DNA of 64,000 nucleotides. Source: Planctomycetota bacterium. GTDB taxonomy: Bacteria; Planctomycetota; JAJSAM01; JAJVHW01. Made by a program: the position numbers and the translations under genes. Shown piece by piece: positions 1-8,526 of this stretch (positions within the stretch are counted from its first letter, which is position 1; every line of letters starts with the position of its first letter). The notes under the pieces were generated by a model that worked only from the letters and a program-made list of their open reading frames with translations, was not told the origin of the DNA and did no database searches. The stretch is from the NCBI GenBank assembly GCA_965248445.1, contig CBDFJG010000003.1, positions 1,632,001-1,696,000 on the forward strand, read 5' to 3'.

Positions 1-1
1 C

Positions 2-175
2 TGCCCCTGGTGCGAGAGCCGGATCGAAGTGGCGATCGAGGACACGTACGCGGGCCTTCACGCCGCTCCGAGCCTTCTCGGCTGGGCCTGGGACATGCAC
101 GTCGTGGAGTACCACGGGATGAAGCCGAAGCGAGAGCGTAGGACCTGGCCGTGGGAGGAGGAGCCGTGTGGCTGA
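2..175 (+). CDS. 3' end of a hypothetical phage protein (partial at window edge)
   Basis: Open frame CPWCESR...HGMKPKRERRTWPWEEEPCG* ends at TGA 173-175 and overlaps the methyltransferase start. Confidence 0.5.
   Translation, partial: CPWCESRIEVAIEDTYAGLHAAPSLLGWAWDMHVVEYHGMKPKRERRTWPWEEEPCG
112..158 (+). repeat. Imperfect direct repeat, copy 1 (upstream of C5 methyltransferase)
   Basis: CCACGGGATGAAGCCGAAGC...AGGACCTGGCCGTGGGAGG matches 1396-1445. Confidence 0.85.
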
Positions 176-1406
176 TCCCCTCCGCGTGTTGTCGCTCTTC
201 TCCGGTATCGGCGGGCTCGACCTCGGGTTCCACGCCGCCGCCCGACGAGTGGATGTCGCTCCTGTCGCAGTCGGCTACGTGGAACGGGAAGCACTCTGCG
301 CCGCGGTACTGGCGTGCGCGATGGAGGTCGGCGACCTGGCTCCGGCGCCTCTGTTCGTCGGTGACGTTCGAGAGTTCCCTGCCGAGGATCTGGCGAGGGC
401 GGTGGACGTCGTCCTCGCCGGCTTCCCCTGCCCGCCCGTCTCCGCCGCCGGGAAGCGCGGGGGCATCGACGACGAGCGGTGGCTCTGGCCCGAGGTTGTC
501 CGCGTGGCTCGAGAGTCTCGGGCTCGCTACATCGCCATCGAAAACCCCGTCGGCATCCTCACGTCCAACGGGGGGCGGGAGTGGGCGGCGGTCCTCGGCT
601 CGCTGGCCGAAGGCGGGTTCTCTGCGGAATGCACGAGTGTCTCCGCGTCGGATGTCGGAGCGCCGCACGGTCGCGCCCGGGTCTTCCTTCTGGCCCACGC
701 CCAGGACGATCAGCGGTGGACCGGAGAGCGCGGAGAGGAAACAGGAACTCGGGCGATCGAACGCGGGCGGCGGGGATCTCCAAGCGGCGGTGTTGCTCTG
801 GCCGACGCCCAGGTCCTCCGACGGGCCGAAGGGCGGCCCGAACCAGCGGGGGAGCAGCGGGGACCTGATGCTGCCGAGTGCGGCGATGGCGTGGCCGACG
901 CCCCGTGCGAACGAGCGGAACCAGAGCAACTCGCAGGATGCGGGCGTGGCCTTGAGCCGAGCCGTGAACGACTGGCCGACGCCGGGAGCAGCCGACGCCA
1001 AACAGGTCAAGGCGCACAAGGGTGGGAACCCGTCGCTCCACCACGCAGCGTCGTTGTGGCCGACACCGAGCGCGAACGACCACAAGGGCTCGTATCGCCC
1101 GGGCCAGCGCCGCGGCCAACTGAGCGAGGCGGTGGAGACTGGCCCCTGCCCTGGCCTCCCGGCTTCCGAGGAGACGACGACCGATGGGCTGCTGTTCTCG
1201 GCCATCGCCCTGACCTCGCACCCCGTCTGCCGACTGTCGCCGCGCTTTGTGACCTGGCTCCAGGGGTTCCCCCCGGGTTGGTGCGAGCCGTGGAGCAGGC
1301 CATGAGCGACCGCACGTTGAAGCTCCGGGCTCTGGGGAACGCCATCGCGCCAGCGCAGGCAGAGGCGGCGTTCCTTGAGCTTCTGTCTCGGGGGTCCACG
1401 GGATGA
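168..1406 (+). CDS. DNA (cytosine-5)-methyltransferase, main (alpha) frame
   Basis: Motif I LSLFSGIGGLDLG, motif IV AGFPC, motif VI IENP, motif VIII HGRARVF, motif X LRALGNAI. No motif IX in this frame. GGAGG RBS upstream. Confidence 0.93.
   Translation: MADPLRVLSLFSGIGGLDLGFHAAARRVDVAPVAVGYVEREALCAAVLACAMEVGDLAPAPLFVGDVREFPAEDLARAVDVVLAGFPCPPVSAAGKRGGIDDERWLWPEVVRVARESRARYIAIENPVGILTSNGGREWAAVLGSLAEGGFSAECTSVSASDVGAPHGRARVFLLAHAQDDQRWTGERGEETGTRAIERGRRGSPSGGVALADAQVLRRAEGRPEPAGEQRGPDAAECGDGVADAPCERAEPEQLAGCGRGLEPSRERLADAGSSRRQTGQGAQGWEPVAPPRSVVVADTERERPQGLVSPGPAPRPTERGGGDWPLPWPPGFRGDDDRWAAVLGHRPDLAPRLPTVAALCDLAPGVPPGLVRAVEQAMSDRTLKLRALGNAIAPAQAEAAFLELLSRGSTG
652..1305 (+). CDS. Overlapping-frame (beta-like) methyltransferase polypeptide with WPTP repeats and motif IX; start uncertain (frame open from 151)
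   Basis: Five WPTP repeats followed by RLSPRFVTWLQGFP, which matches the C5-MTase motif IX consensus RxLTxRExxRLQGFP. Confidence 0.7.
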   Translation: MSERRTVAPGSSFWPTPRTISGGPESAERKQELGRSNAGGGDLQAAVLLWPTPRSSDGPKGGPNQRGSSGDLMLPSAAMAWPTPRANERNQSNSQDAGVALSRAVNDWPTPGAADAKQVKAHKGGNPSLHHAASLWPTPSANDHKGSYRPGQRRGQLSEAVETGPCPGLPASEETTTDGLLFSAIALTSHPVCRLSPRFVTWLQGFPPGWCEPWSRP

Positions 1407-1445
1407 AGGCGAAGCCGGAGCCCCGCAGGACCTGGCCGTGGGAGG
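1396..1445 (+). repeat. Imperfect direct repeat, copy 2 (downstream of C5 methyltransferase)
   Basis: CCACGGGATGAAGGCGAAGC...AGGACCTGGCCGTGGGAGG matches 112-158. Confidence 0.85.
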
Positions 1446-1452
1446 GACGCCG

Positions 1453-2932
1453 ATGAGCGGAGACCTTCGCCGGCCATGGTGCTGCGTCGAGCCGCGGTGC
1501 ACCGCCATCCACCAGCTCGCGAACCGCTCCGACCTGAGCGACGCGCGTCCAGGGGACTCGTTCGCCTGCTTTGGGATCATGCCCCAGCAGATCGTCTTCA
1601 CCTACGACGGCGACCGGCACGAGAACGACCTCCGCTCGTGCGTCTACACACCGCTCAAGGGCATGGTGGCGTGGCAGGAGAACGCCAACGACTGGGCGAT
1701 GATGCGGGACGCCTACACGGCGGCGCTCGCCAAGCTGGAGGACGGTTCGCCGGGGCGTGCCCATCCACCTGAGCCGGACAATCTGTGCGGGTGCGGCGCT
1801 CCGACCAACCCTCGATACGGGTGCGTGGTCTGCGGCGGAACGGGCGAGGTGCCGTCCGGCATCGGGAGCCACTCGGGAGAGCGCCGCGTGACCACCACCC
1901 GCATCCTGGTGGGCGACGTGCTCGACCGCCTCTCGGAGATCCCCGAGTCGTCGATCCACTGTGTTGTCACGTCCCCTCCCTACTGGGGCCTCCGGGACTA
2001 CGGCGTAGAGGGCCAGATCGGTCTGGAGGCGACGCCCGAGGAGTACGTGGAACGGATGGTGGCGGTGTTTCGGGAGGTCCGGCGTGTCCTGCGGGATGAC
2101 GGGACGCTCTGGCTGAATCTCGGGGACTCGTACGCTGGCGCTCGGCGCGGTCCGGAAGGCGACCTGTCCACCCTTCAGGGCAGCCGGAGCTCCCAGGCGG
2201 AGTCGCGCCGCGCGCAGCGGGCGATGACCGCCTCCCGCCGGCGCGATGATCATCCGAGCCCGAGGTCCGACGTCGATGTCGCTGGACTCAAGCCGAAGGA
2301 CATGATCGGGATGCCTTGGCGGGTGGCCCGCGCGCTACAGCTCCCGGACCTACAGTGCGTCGGGTGCGAGAAAGAGGCGCCAGGGGTCCTCTGGGGCCGC
2401 CAACCCTCACGGGGAGGCTTGATCTGCCCGACGTGCTACTGCTCCACCGGGAACAGAGTCGTCCGGCCCGGGTGGTGGCTCCGCTCCTGCATCGTCTGGG
2501 CGAAGCGCTCGTGCATGCCGGAGAGCGTGGCCGACCGGCCGACGACGGCGCACGAGTTCATCTTCCTGCTCACCAAGAGCCCCGCGTACTTCTACGACGC
2601 GGACGCCATCCGAGAGCCCGTGTCGGGCACGGCCCACGCGCGCGGGTCCGGCGTCAACCCCAAGGCGCGCGCGAACGGCGCCAACGTGAAGGGCCAGCGG
2701 ATCAAGCAGAACGAGAGCTTCTCCGCCGCGGTGTCGGGACTGGTCTCATCCAGGAACGCCAGGACCGTCTGGACGATCAACTCGCAGGCGTTCCCGGAGG
2801 CGCACTTCGCGACGTTCCCCGAGGAACTTCCGAAGCGGTGCATCAAGGCGGGGACGAGCGATCGGGGGTGCTGCCCTGGGTGCGGAGCGCCGTGGGAACG
2901 GGAGGTGGAGCGCAGCGGCGCGCCTGAGAAAC
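1453..2932 (+). pseudogene. Site-specific N4/N6 DNA methyltransferase (class beta), 3'-truncated by IS3, in frame with an upstream Cys-rich domain
   Basis: ILVGDVLDRL...CVVTSPPYWGLRDY, LWLNLGDSY, HFATFPEEL. The frame runs into the IS3 IR at 2933 before the SAM-binding FxGxG motif. Internal GTG 1888 has a GGAGAG RBS. Confidence 0.85.
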
Positions 2933-2987
2933 TGGAGTTCCCCCGGTTCGGTGGACACCCGACCACTGAGGTTGGGAGGATGTCCAG

Positions 2988-3302
2988 ATGCCCAGATCGA
3001 GACCACCGTACGACGAGGAGTACAAGCGCCAGATCGTCGAGTTGCACCGCGCCGGCCGGAGCGTGATGAGCCTGTGCCGCGAGTTCGAGCCGACGGAGAT
3101 GACGATCCGCAAGTGGATCAAGCAGGCCGCGCTGGACGCCGGAGAGCGTGACGACGGCTTGACCACCGCGGAGCGCGATGAGCTGCGCAAGCTCAGACGA
3201 GATGTGCGCCGGCTGCGCGAGGAGCGCGACATCTTGAAAAAAGCCGCGGCCTGGTTCGCTCGGGAGACGCGCTCGATCCCAGAGAAGGGTTCGGGTTCGT
3301 GA
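2988..3302 (+). CDS. IS3 transposase OrfA
   Basis: YDEEYKRQIVEL HTH and leucine-zipper-like ELRKLRRDVRRLREERDILKKAAAWFA. Confidence 0.92.
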   Translation: MPRSRPPYDEEYKRQIVELHRAGRSVMSLCREFEPTEMTIRKWIKQAALDAGERDDGLTTAERDELRKLRRDVRRLREERDILKKAAAWFARETRSIPEKGSGS

Positions 3303-4156
3303 GCGATCACCAGGCAGAGCACGACGTGGCCACCATGTGTCGGGTCCTCGGCGTCTCGAGGAGCGGGTACTACGCATCGCGCGGCCGTGCGCCCTCGAAG
3401 AGAGATCGCGAGGACGCTGCCCTGACCGAGCGCGTCCGCGAGATCCACGAGCGCTCTCGCCAGACGTACGGATCACCGCGCATCCATGCCGAGCTGCGCT
3501 ACGAGGGCCTCCACATCGGTAGGAAGCGCGTCGAGCGCCTCATGCGCCAGGCTGGGATCGAGGGCGTGAGCCGCCGCAAGAGAGCCAAGACCACGAAGCG
3601 CTCGCAGCGTCAGGCGCCGGCCGCCGACCTGGTCGATCGCGACTTCACGGCCGACGCACCCGATCAGCTCTGGGTGGCCGACATCACGTACGTGCCGACC
3701 TGGACGGGGTTCCTGTACCTGGCGGTCGTCCTCGACGTCTGGAGCCGCCGGATCGTCGGCTGGTCCATGGCCACGACGCTCCACACCAAGATCGTGCTGG
3801 ACGCACTCGAGATGGCCGTGCGCCAGCGCCAGCCCCTCGGAGTCGTCCACCACTCCGACCAGGGCTGCCAGTACACGTCGCTCGCCTTCGGGCGGCGCTG
3901 CAGAGAAGCGGGCGTCAGGCCGTCCATGGGATCGGTCGCAGACGCCTACGACAACGCCATGTGCGAGAGCTTCTTCGCCACGCTCGAGACCGAGTTGATC
4001 GACCGCACCAGCTTTTCGACCAAGTCCGCAGCGCGGTTGGCGGTGTTCGACTTCATCGAGGGCTTCTACAATCCGCAGCGGCGACACTCCTCCATCGAGG
4101 ACCTGTCGCCCATCGAGTTCGAGAGGCGGCGACGGCCGGAGGCCGCCGTATCATAG
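3299..4156 (+). CDS. IS3 transposase OrfB (DDE)
   Basis: WVADITY, HHSDQGCQYTS, DNAMCESFF motifs. Confidence 0.95.
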   Translation: MSDHQAEHDVATMCRVLGVSRSGYYASRGRAPSKRDREDAALTERVREIHERSRQTYGSPRIHAELRYEGLHIGRKRVERLMRQAGIEGVSRRKRAKTTKRSQRQAPAADLVDRDFTADAPDQLWVADITYVPTWTGFLYLAVVLDVWSRRIVGWSMATTLHTKIVLDALEMAVRQRQPLGVVHHSDQGCQYTSLAFGRRCREAGVRPSMGSVADAYDNAMCESFFATLETELIDRTSFSTKSAARLAVFDFIEGFYNPQRRHSSIEDLSPIEFERRRRPEAAVS

Positions 4157-4189
4157 TCCCCGGGTGTCCACCGAACCGGGGGAACTCCA

Positions 4190-4563
4190 AGCAGCGCTTC
4201 GCAATAGACGATGTCGGCGCCCGTATTCGGTCTGTACACGGTCACTCCGTGGCTGTTGGGTGCGTCGGAGAGCCTACGACGCCACCCGCCGTTCTCTATC
4301 ACGGGACCCATCGCCGAGCACTGCGTCGGATTCTCCGTGAGGGTATTCGGCCCATGCGCCGGCAACACGTCCACCTGTCCGCAGACGCCACGACTGCCAG
4401 GCACGTCGGCTCACGACGCGGAGACTCGGTCATCTTGCGTGTCGATGCCGCAAGACTCCACGCGAGCGGAGCTCAGTTCTTCGCGTCTACGAGTGGCGTT
4501 TGGCTCACGGCGAGTGTGCTGCCTGCGTACCTACATGTCCTTGCGGGCGCGGACGCGTCCTAA
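4190..4563 (+). pseudogene. kptA: RNA 2'-phosphotransferase (KptA/Tpt1), C-terminal half only
   Basis: KQRF...IRSVHGHSV, LYHGT, RQHVHLS, VILRVDA motifs. The N-terminal half is missing at the IS3 boundary. Confidence 0.85.
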
Positions 4564-4693
4564 CGCTCTCGCGCGGCGAGCGATGCGCCAGCATGGTCGG
4601 TCGTGCCCGGGCGGAGTTCGTGTCTCTGCCCGTCAGACGGAGCTCGGTTGGTCCCGTGCGTCGCGCGGAGAGCAGCAAGGTGCAGCCCGAGTG

Positions 4694-6225
4694 GTACCCG
4701 TTCAGCCCTTGGTTCTGAGCTCGGATCCAGATCGCTTTCCGTTCGGTCGATGAATCGGATGTGGGCACCGATGAGCTGCGTGATCTGGTCGAGCGCCTGA
4801 CCCGTCGTCTGGACGCTCGGGACGAGACGATTGCCGAGCAGGCGGAGGTGATCGAGCGGCAGGCGGCACGGATCGACGATCTCGAGAGCCGTCTTCGCCG
4901 GGACTCCCGCACCTCCTCGCGCCCACCGTCCTCGGATCCGTCGTGGTCCAAGAAGCGGCGGCGGCGCAAGCCGCCGTCGGACAAGCGCCAGGGTGCGCAG
5001 CCCGGCCACAAAGGGGCGACGCGCAAGCTCGTGGACGAGTCCGAGGTCGATGGCGTAGAGGACCACCGCCCGCGCGAGTGCAGCGCGTGTGGGAGCGACG
5101 TGCTCGTCCCGATCGATCGCGCCCCGACACGCCAGCAGGTCTTCGAGGTCCCGCCACGGCTGATCCAGGTGACCGAGCACCGGTTGCACCGGGCACGGTG
5201 CACGGACTGTGGCGCCACGTCCACTGCCTCGCTGCCAAGCGGTGTGACGGCGAGTCCCTTCGGCCCGCGACTCTGTGCGCTCACCGCGGCTCTGGTCGGC
5301 GTCTTCCGCCTGTCGCGGCGCGAGACCAGTCGTCTGTTGCGTGACGTCATCGGCGTCTCGATGTCACCGGGCACGGTCAGTGCGATCGAGGAGCGGGTGT
5401 CGGGAGCCATCTCCTCAGCGCACATCGAGGCCCTCGGGGCCGTACGCACGAGCAGCGTCGCCTATGTAGACGAGACACCGTGGTCGCGTCGTGGCACGCT
5501 GCATTGGCTGTGGAGCGCGGTCTGTGAGCACGCCACGGTCCATCGTATCGATCGGCGCAGGAGCGCCAAGGCCATGCGGCGACTCGTGGGCAAGCGCTTC
5601 AGGGGCGTCCTCGTGACCGACCGTATGGGCGCTTACGACCAGCATCCCACCGAGCGCCGCCAGATCTGCTGGGCGCATCTCGAGAGGGACTTTCGAGCGC
5701 TGGCCGAGGGCTCGCGCGGCGGCCGGCGCTTCGGCAAGCAGGCCGTGCGTCTCGCCCAGGCTGTCATGCGAGCTCAGCGTCACTTCGGCGAGCACGGGGA
5801 CCGCGACCGCATGCGGCGTGAGCTGCGTCTCACATGGGACCGACTCCTGACGCTGCTCGTGCGCGGCGCAGACAGCAAGCACCGCCGAGTACGCGGAACG
5901 ACTCGGCATCTGCTCGACCGAGCGGAGGCTCTGTGGACCTTCGCCGACGTCCCTGGCGTCTCCCCGACGAACAACGCCGCTGAGCGCGCGGTGCGCAAGC
6001 CGGTCCTGTGGAGACGCGCAACGCACGGAAGTCAGAGCGAGCGCGGACTCCGCTTCGTCGAGCGCATCCTGACCGTCACCGCCACGCTCCGCCAGCGTGG
6101 CGAGAGCGTCTTCGATTACCTCGCAGACGTCAGCGCGGCACTCGCGCACAACCGCTCGCCGCCGGCTCTCGTCGCGCTCCCGATCACGCGCTGAGGCCGC
6201 GGATCGTCATACCCTGAACGGGTAC
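4694..6225 (+). mobile_element. IS66-family insertion sequence (single ORF), copy A
   Basis: IR GTACCCGTTCAG/CTGAACGGGTAC; 8-bp target duplication CCCGAGTG at 4686-4693 and 6226-6233. Confidence 0.93.
4761..6194 (+). CDS. IS66 transposase
   Basis: N-terminal coiled coil, SSRPPSSD, GAQPGHKG, CxxC zinc finger, VDET, TDR, QICWAHLER, TNNAAERAVR. Confidence 0.95.
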   Translation: MGTDELRDLVERLTRRLDARDETIAEQAEVIERQAARIDDLESRLRRDSRTSSRPPSSDPSWSKKRRRRKPPSDKRQGAQPGHKGATRKLVDESEVDGVEDHRPRECSACGSDVLVPIDRAPTRQQVFEVPPRLIQVTEHRLHRARCTDCGATSTASLPSGVTASPFGPRLCALTAALVGVFRLSRRETSRLLRDVIGVSMSPGTVSAIEERVSGAISSAHIEALGAVRTSSVAYVDETPWSRRGTLHWLWSAVCEHATVHRIDRRRSAKAMRRLVGKRFRGVLVTDRMGAYDQHPTERRQICWAHLERDFRALAEGSRGGRRFGKQAVRLAQAVMRAQRHFGEHGDRDRMRRELRLTWDRLLTLLVRGADSKHRRVRGTTRHLLDRAEALWTFADVPGVSPTNNAAERAVRKPVLWRRATHGSQSERGLRFVERILTVTATLRQRGESVFDYLADVSAALAHNRSPPALVALPITR

Positions 6226-6241
6226 CCCGAGTGGGCCCGTC

Positions 6242-7693
6242 TCACTCCCGCGCGAGCAGCTCCGCGGTTCCCACGAGCGCGCCGCGCGCGTGCTCGTCCA
6301 ACCGCTCCCAAGCGACCAGAAGGGCGGCGAGACGCGAGTCGCGGGGAGTCGTCGGACGGCCCTCGCGAGCGCTCCCTCCATCGAGTGGCGTACTGCGCCG
6401 ACGCGACGGCTTGTCGCTCACAGCCGCCGCGTCCGTCCCCGTGGCACGCACGGCCTCGATCTCCGGCTGCGCTCCGACGTCCGGCAACCTCTCGATCGCC
6501 TTCCGATCGTCATCCCGCCCGAGCACCGTGTAGACGTTCGCGGTCAGGACCGGCGTGCTGTGTCGCAGGAGCCGCTGCGCGAGTTGCAGTGCAACGCCGC
6601 CGCGCGCGAGGTTCGTCGCGAACGTCACGCGCAGGCTGTGGAAGTCCACAACGCGGCCGGCGTCGTCCTCGTAGGGGATCTTCGCGACTTCGAGGTCAGC
6701 GCGCAGCATCACAGCGGCGCGGAAGTCCTTCGGGAGCGTGAAGACCCGGGCGGCCGGAAGCCGCTCGCGAACGTGCGTGCGGAGAGCGGCAGCCAGATTG
6801 AGCCGAAGCGGCAGATGCGCCTCGCGGCGGTTCTTCGTGTTCGTCGCACGGACGTTCACGGTGGCGCGATCGATGTCGGCGATGTCCAGGTCGGCGACGT
6901 GGAGGGTCTTCATCTCGTTCCTGCGCAGGCCCGTCTCGGCGGCCATTCGGTAGAGGAGCGCTCGTTCGGGTCCGGGGATGCCGCCCTGGCGCTCGGCTCC
7001 CGTCGATCCATCGCGCGGGAGACCCTCCGCGGTCTTCGCCAGGAGTCGCGCCAGTTCGTCGGCCGTGAGCGCACGTCGCTTCTGCGTGCTCTGGACGTCG
7101 AGTGGTCTGAGCACTCGGAGCGGGTCCTCGCTCGCGAACGCCGTGCGCACCGCCCAGCGACTGAACTGCCGGACGGCCTGCAGGTGGAAGTTGCTCGGGC
7201 TCGGGCTGACCCCGCCCTCGCGTTCGCGTTCGGTCTGGAGGAACTGCTCGACGTGCGTGGCGTCGATCTCGCTCCAGTAGTCGGCACCGATGCCGGACAG
7301 CACTTTCCTCGCCCGGCTTGTCACCAGCCGGACGTGGCCCTCGGTGTTGCCGCGCGCCCGCAGGTGTGCCTCCCAGTCGTCGAGCAGTTCGCCGAGCGGC
7401 CGGAGGGCCGCGACCTGCGTGGCTGTCAGCATCCCGCAGTCGGACAGCCGGTCCCGGAGCGCTGGAGCCAGATCCTCGATCCAGCGCCGCATCTCCTCGT
7501 CGGGCGTGGCTGCTGTGGCTCGGAGTGCGGCGAGCCGCTTGAGCTTGCGTTCGAACTCCCGTGACGCCGGGCGGTCCGCGAAGCCGGGGAACCGCTGGCG
7601 CCGACCGAGGTGGTCCTTGAACTCCACATGCCAGCGCTTGGTGCGGCGCTGCTCGCCGTTCCGGTCGCGGTAGTTCAGGCGGAAGACGCTCAT
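6242..7693 (-). CDS. Tyrosine recombinase/phage integrase
   Basis: TGLRRNE, DFHSLRVTF, LLRHST...TANVY catalytic motifs. Confidence 0.95.
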   Translation of the reverse strand: MSVFRLNYRDRNGEQRRTKRWHVEFKDHLGRRQRFPGFADRPASREFERKLKRLAALRATAATPDEEMRRWIEDLAPALRDRLSDCGMLTATQVAALRPLGELLDDWEAHLRARGNTEGHVRLVTSRARKVLSGIGADYWSEIDATHVEQFLQTEREREGGVSPSPSNFHLQAVRQFSRWAVRTAFASEDPLRVLRPLDVQSTQKRRALTADELARLLAKTAEGLPRDGSTGAERQGGIPGPERALLYRMAAETGLRRNEMKTLHVADLDIADIDRATVNVRATNTKNRREAHLPLRLNLAAALRTHVRERLPAARVFTLPKDFRAAVMLRADLEVAKIPYEDDAGRVVDFHSLRVTFATNLARGGVALQLAQRLLRHSTPVLTANVYTVLGRDDDRKAIERLPDVGAQPEIEAVRATGTDAAAVSDKPSRRRSTPLDGGSAREGRPTTPRDSRLAALLVAWERLDEHARGALVGTAELLARE

Positions 7694-7953
7694 CGATCAG
7701 ATTCCCACGCGTGGCGTGGAGGGCACCTTCGCTCTACCCAGCGAAGGAGATCAAGTCGTGTCCAACGCCGCAGGCGGCCTATCTGGATCGGGCGCGGAAC
7801 CTCTCCTCGGGCGTCCCAGCGGTAGAAGACCGAACGGGAGATGCCGAGCAGGGCGGCGGTCTGCGCGGCCGAGAGGAGCAGCGGCGCGTCAGCCATTCCC
7901 GCGCCGACTTCGACGTTGGGGTTCGGGGCCTGCTTCTCACGGCGAGTGGTCAC
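7690..7953 (-). CDS. AlpA-like/excisionase HTH regulator
   Basis: LLSAAQTAALLGISRSVFYRW...PRPIQIGRLRRW; stop overlaps the integrase start. Confidence 0.85.
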   Translation of the reverse strand: MTTRREKQAPNPNVEVGAGMADAPLLLSAAQTAALLGISRSVFYRWDARGEVPRPIQIGRLRRWTRLDLLRWVERRCPPRHAWESDR

Positions 7954-8018
7954 GGCGACCTACCGGGCCCGCGCTTCCACCGCCATGTCGGCGGGGTCAA
8001 CTGGGTCGCGGAGAGAGC

Positions 8019-8372
8019 TCACAGGTACCGCTCGAGGTACACGAGCATCGGGACGGTTCGACCGGGGAGTTCGGCGAGGTGCTCCTGACGCGACACCCGC
8101 GGCTCGCGCGTCAGCTCCCAATCGAGGTCGACCGGCAACACCGCCCTCAGCAGTGCGCCGAGGTGTTCGAGCGGTACGCCGCCCTCGGTGGCGTCGACTG
8201 CGTCGTACTGAGCCAGGGAGAAGATCACGTGGAAGTGCCGGTCGCGCATGGCCGGCCGGAGATTGACGCTGGTTTCAACCTCCTCGTCCGAGCCGTGAGC
8301 GGTGGTGGCGACGCCCCCTTTGTCGCCCGTAGGCGCGAGATCGATGAGACGAAGCGCGTCATCTAGCGTCAT
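8019..8372 (-). CDS. Hypothetical protein
   Basis: Co-oriented ORF with a GGAGG RBS. Confidence 0.5.
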   Translation of the reverse strand: MTLDDALRLIDLAPTGDKGGVATTAHGSDEEVETSVNLRPAMRDRHFHVIFSLAQYDAVDATEGGVPLEHLGALLRAVLPVDLDWELTREPRVSRQEHLAELPGRTVPMLVYLERYL

Positions 8373-8526
8373 CGAGGGACCTCCGTTGCGACGCGAACAG
8401 GGAGCGCGTCGCGGGGTTCACTGGCGGCGTCCGACTCGCGCTGAGTGCGACTTCGTGGTTCGCTCGCGACGCGCGGCAGGCCGGTCCGGATGCCGCCGCG
8501 ATAGCGTGAGTTGACGAGGAGTGGCG

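Larger units (their letters stand above)
2933..4189 (+). mobile_element. IS3-family insertion sequence
   Basis: 29-bp perfect terminal IR (TGGAGTTCCCCCGGTTCGGTGGACACCCG), TG...CA ends, orfA/orfB, A6G slippery site at 3237-3243. No target duplication. Confidence 0.95.

Noticed and set aside
691..1075. TGGCCGACGCC repeats as a CRISPR or ncRNA array
   Set aside because: Repeats are short, spaced in multiples of 3 and explained by WPTP protein repeats.
559..2253. Long antisense ORF (also 6290-7564, 32186-33937, 41095-43506 and similar)
   Set aside because: Shadow frames of real genes in high-GC DNA with no recognisable motifs, unlike the 151-1305 frame.
1375..3066. 563-aa ORF as an intact gene
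   Set aside because: The last ~44 codons are read-through into the IS3 left end, and the SAM-binding motif is absent.
4557..4680. Integron attC-like site after kptA (TAAC plus imperfect long inverted repeat)
   Set aside because: No matching GTTRRRY end and no integron integrase; the nearby integrase is phage-type.
6226..6245. tRNA-derived att site next to the integrase
   Set aside because: No tRNA-like sequence or matching repeat was found at either end of the element.
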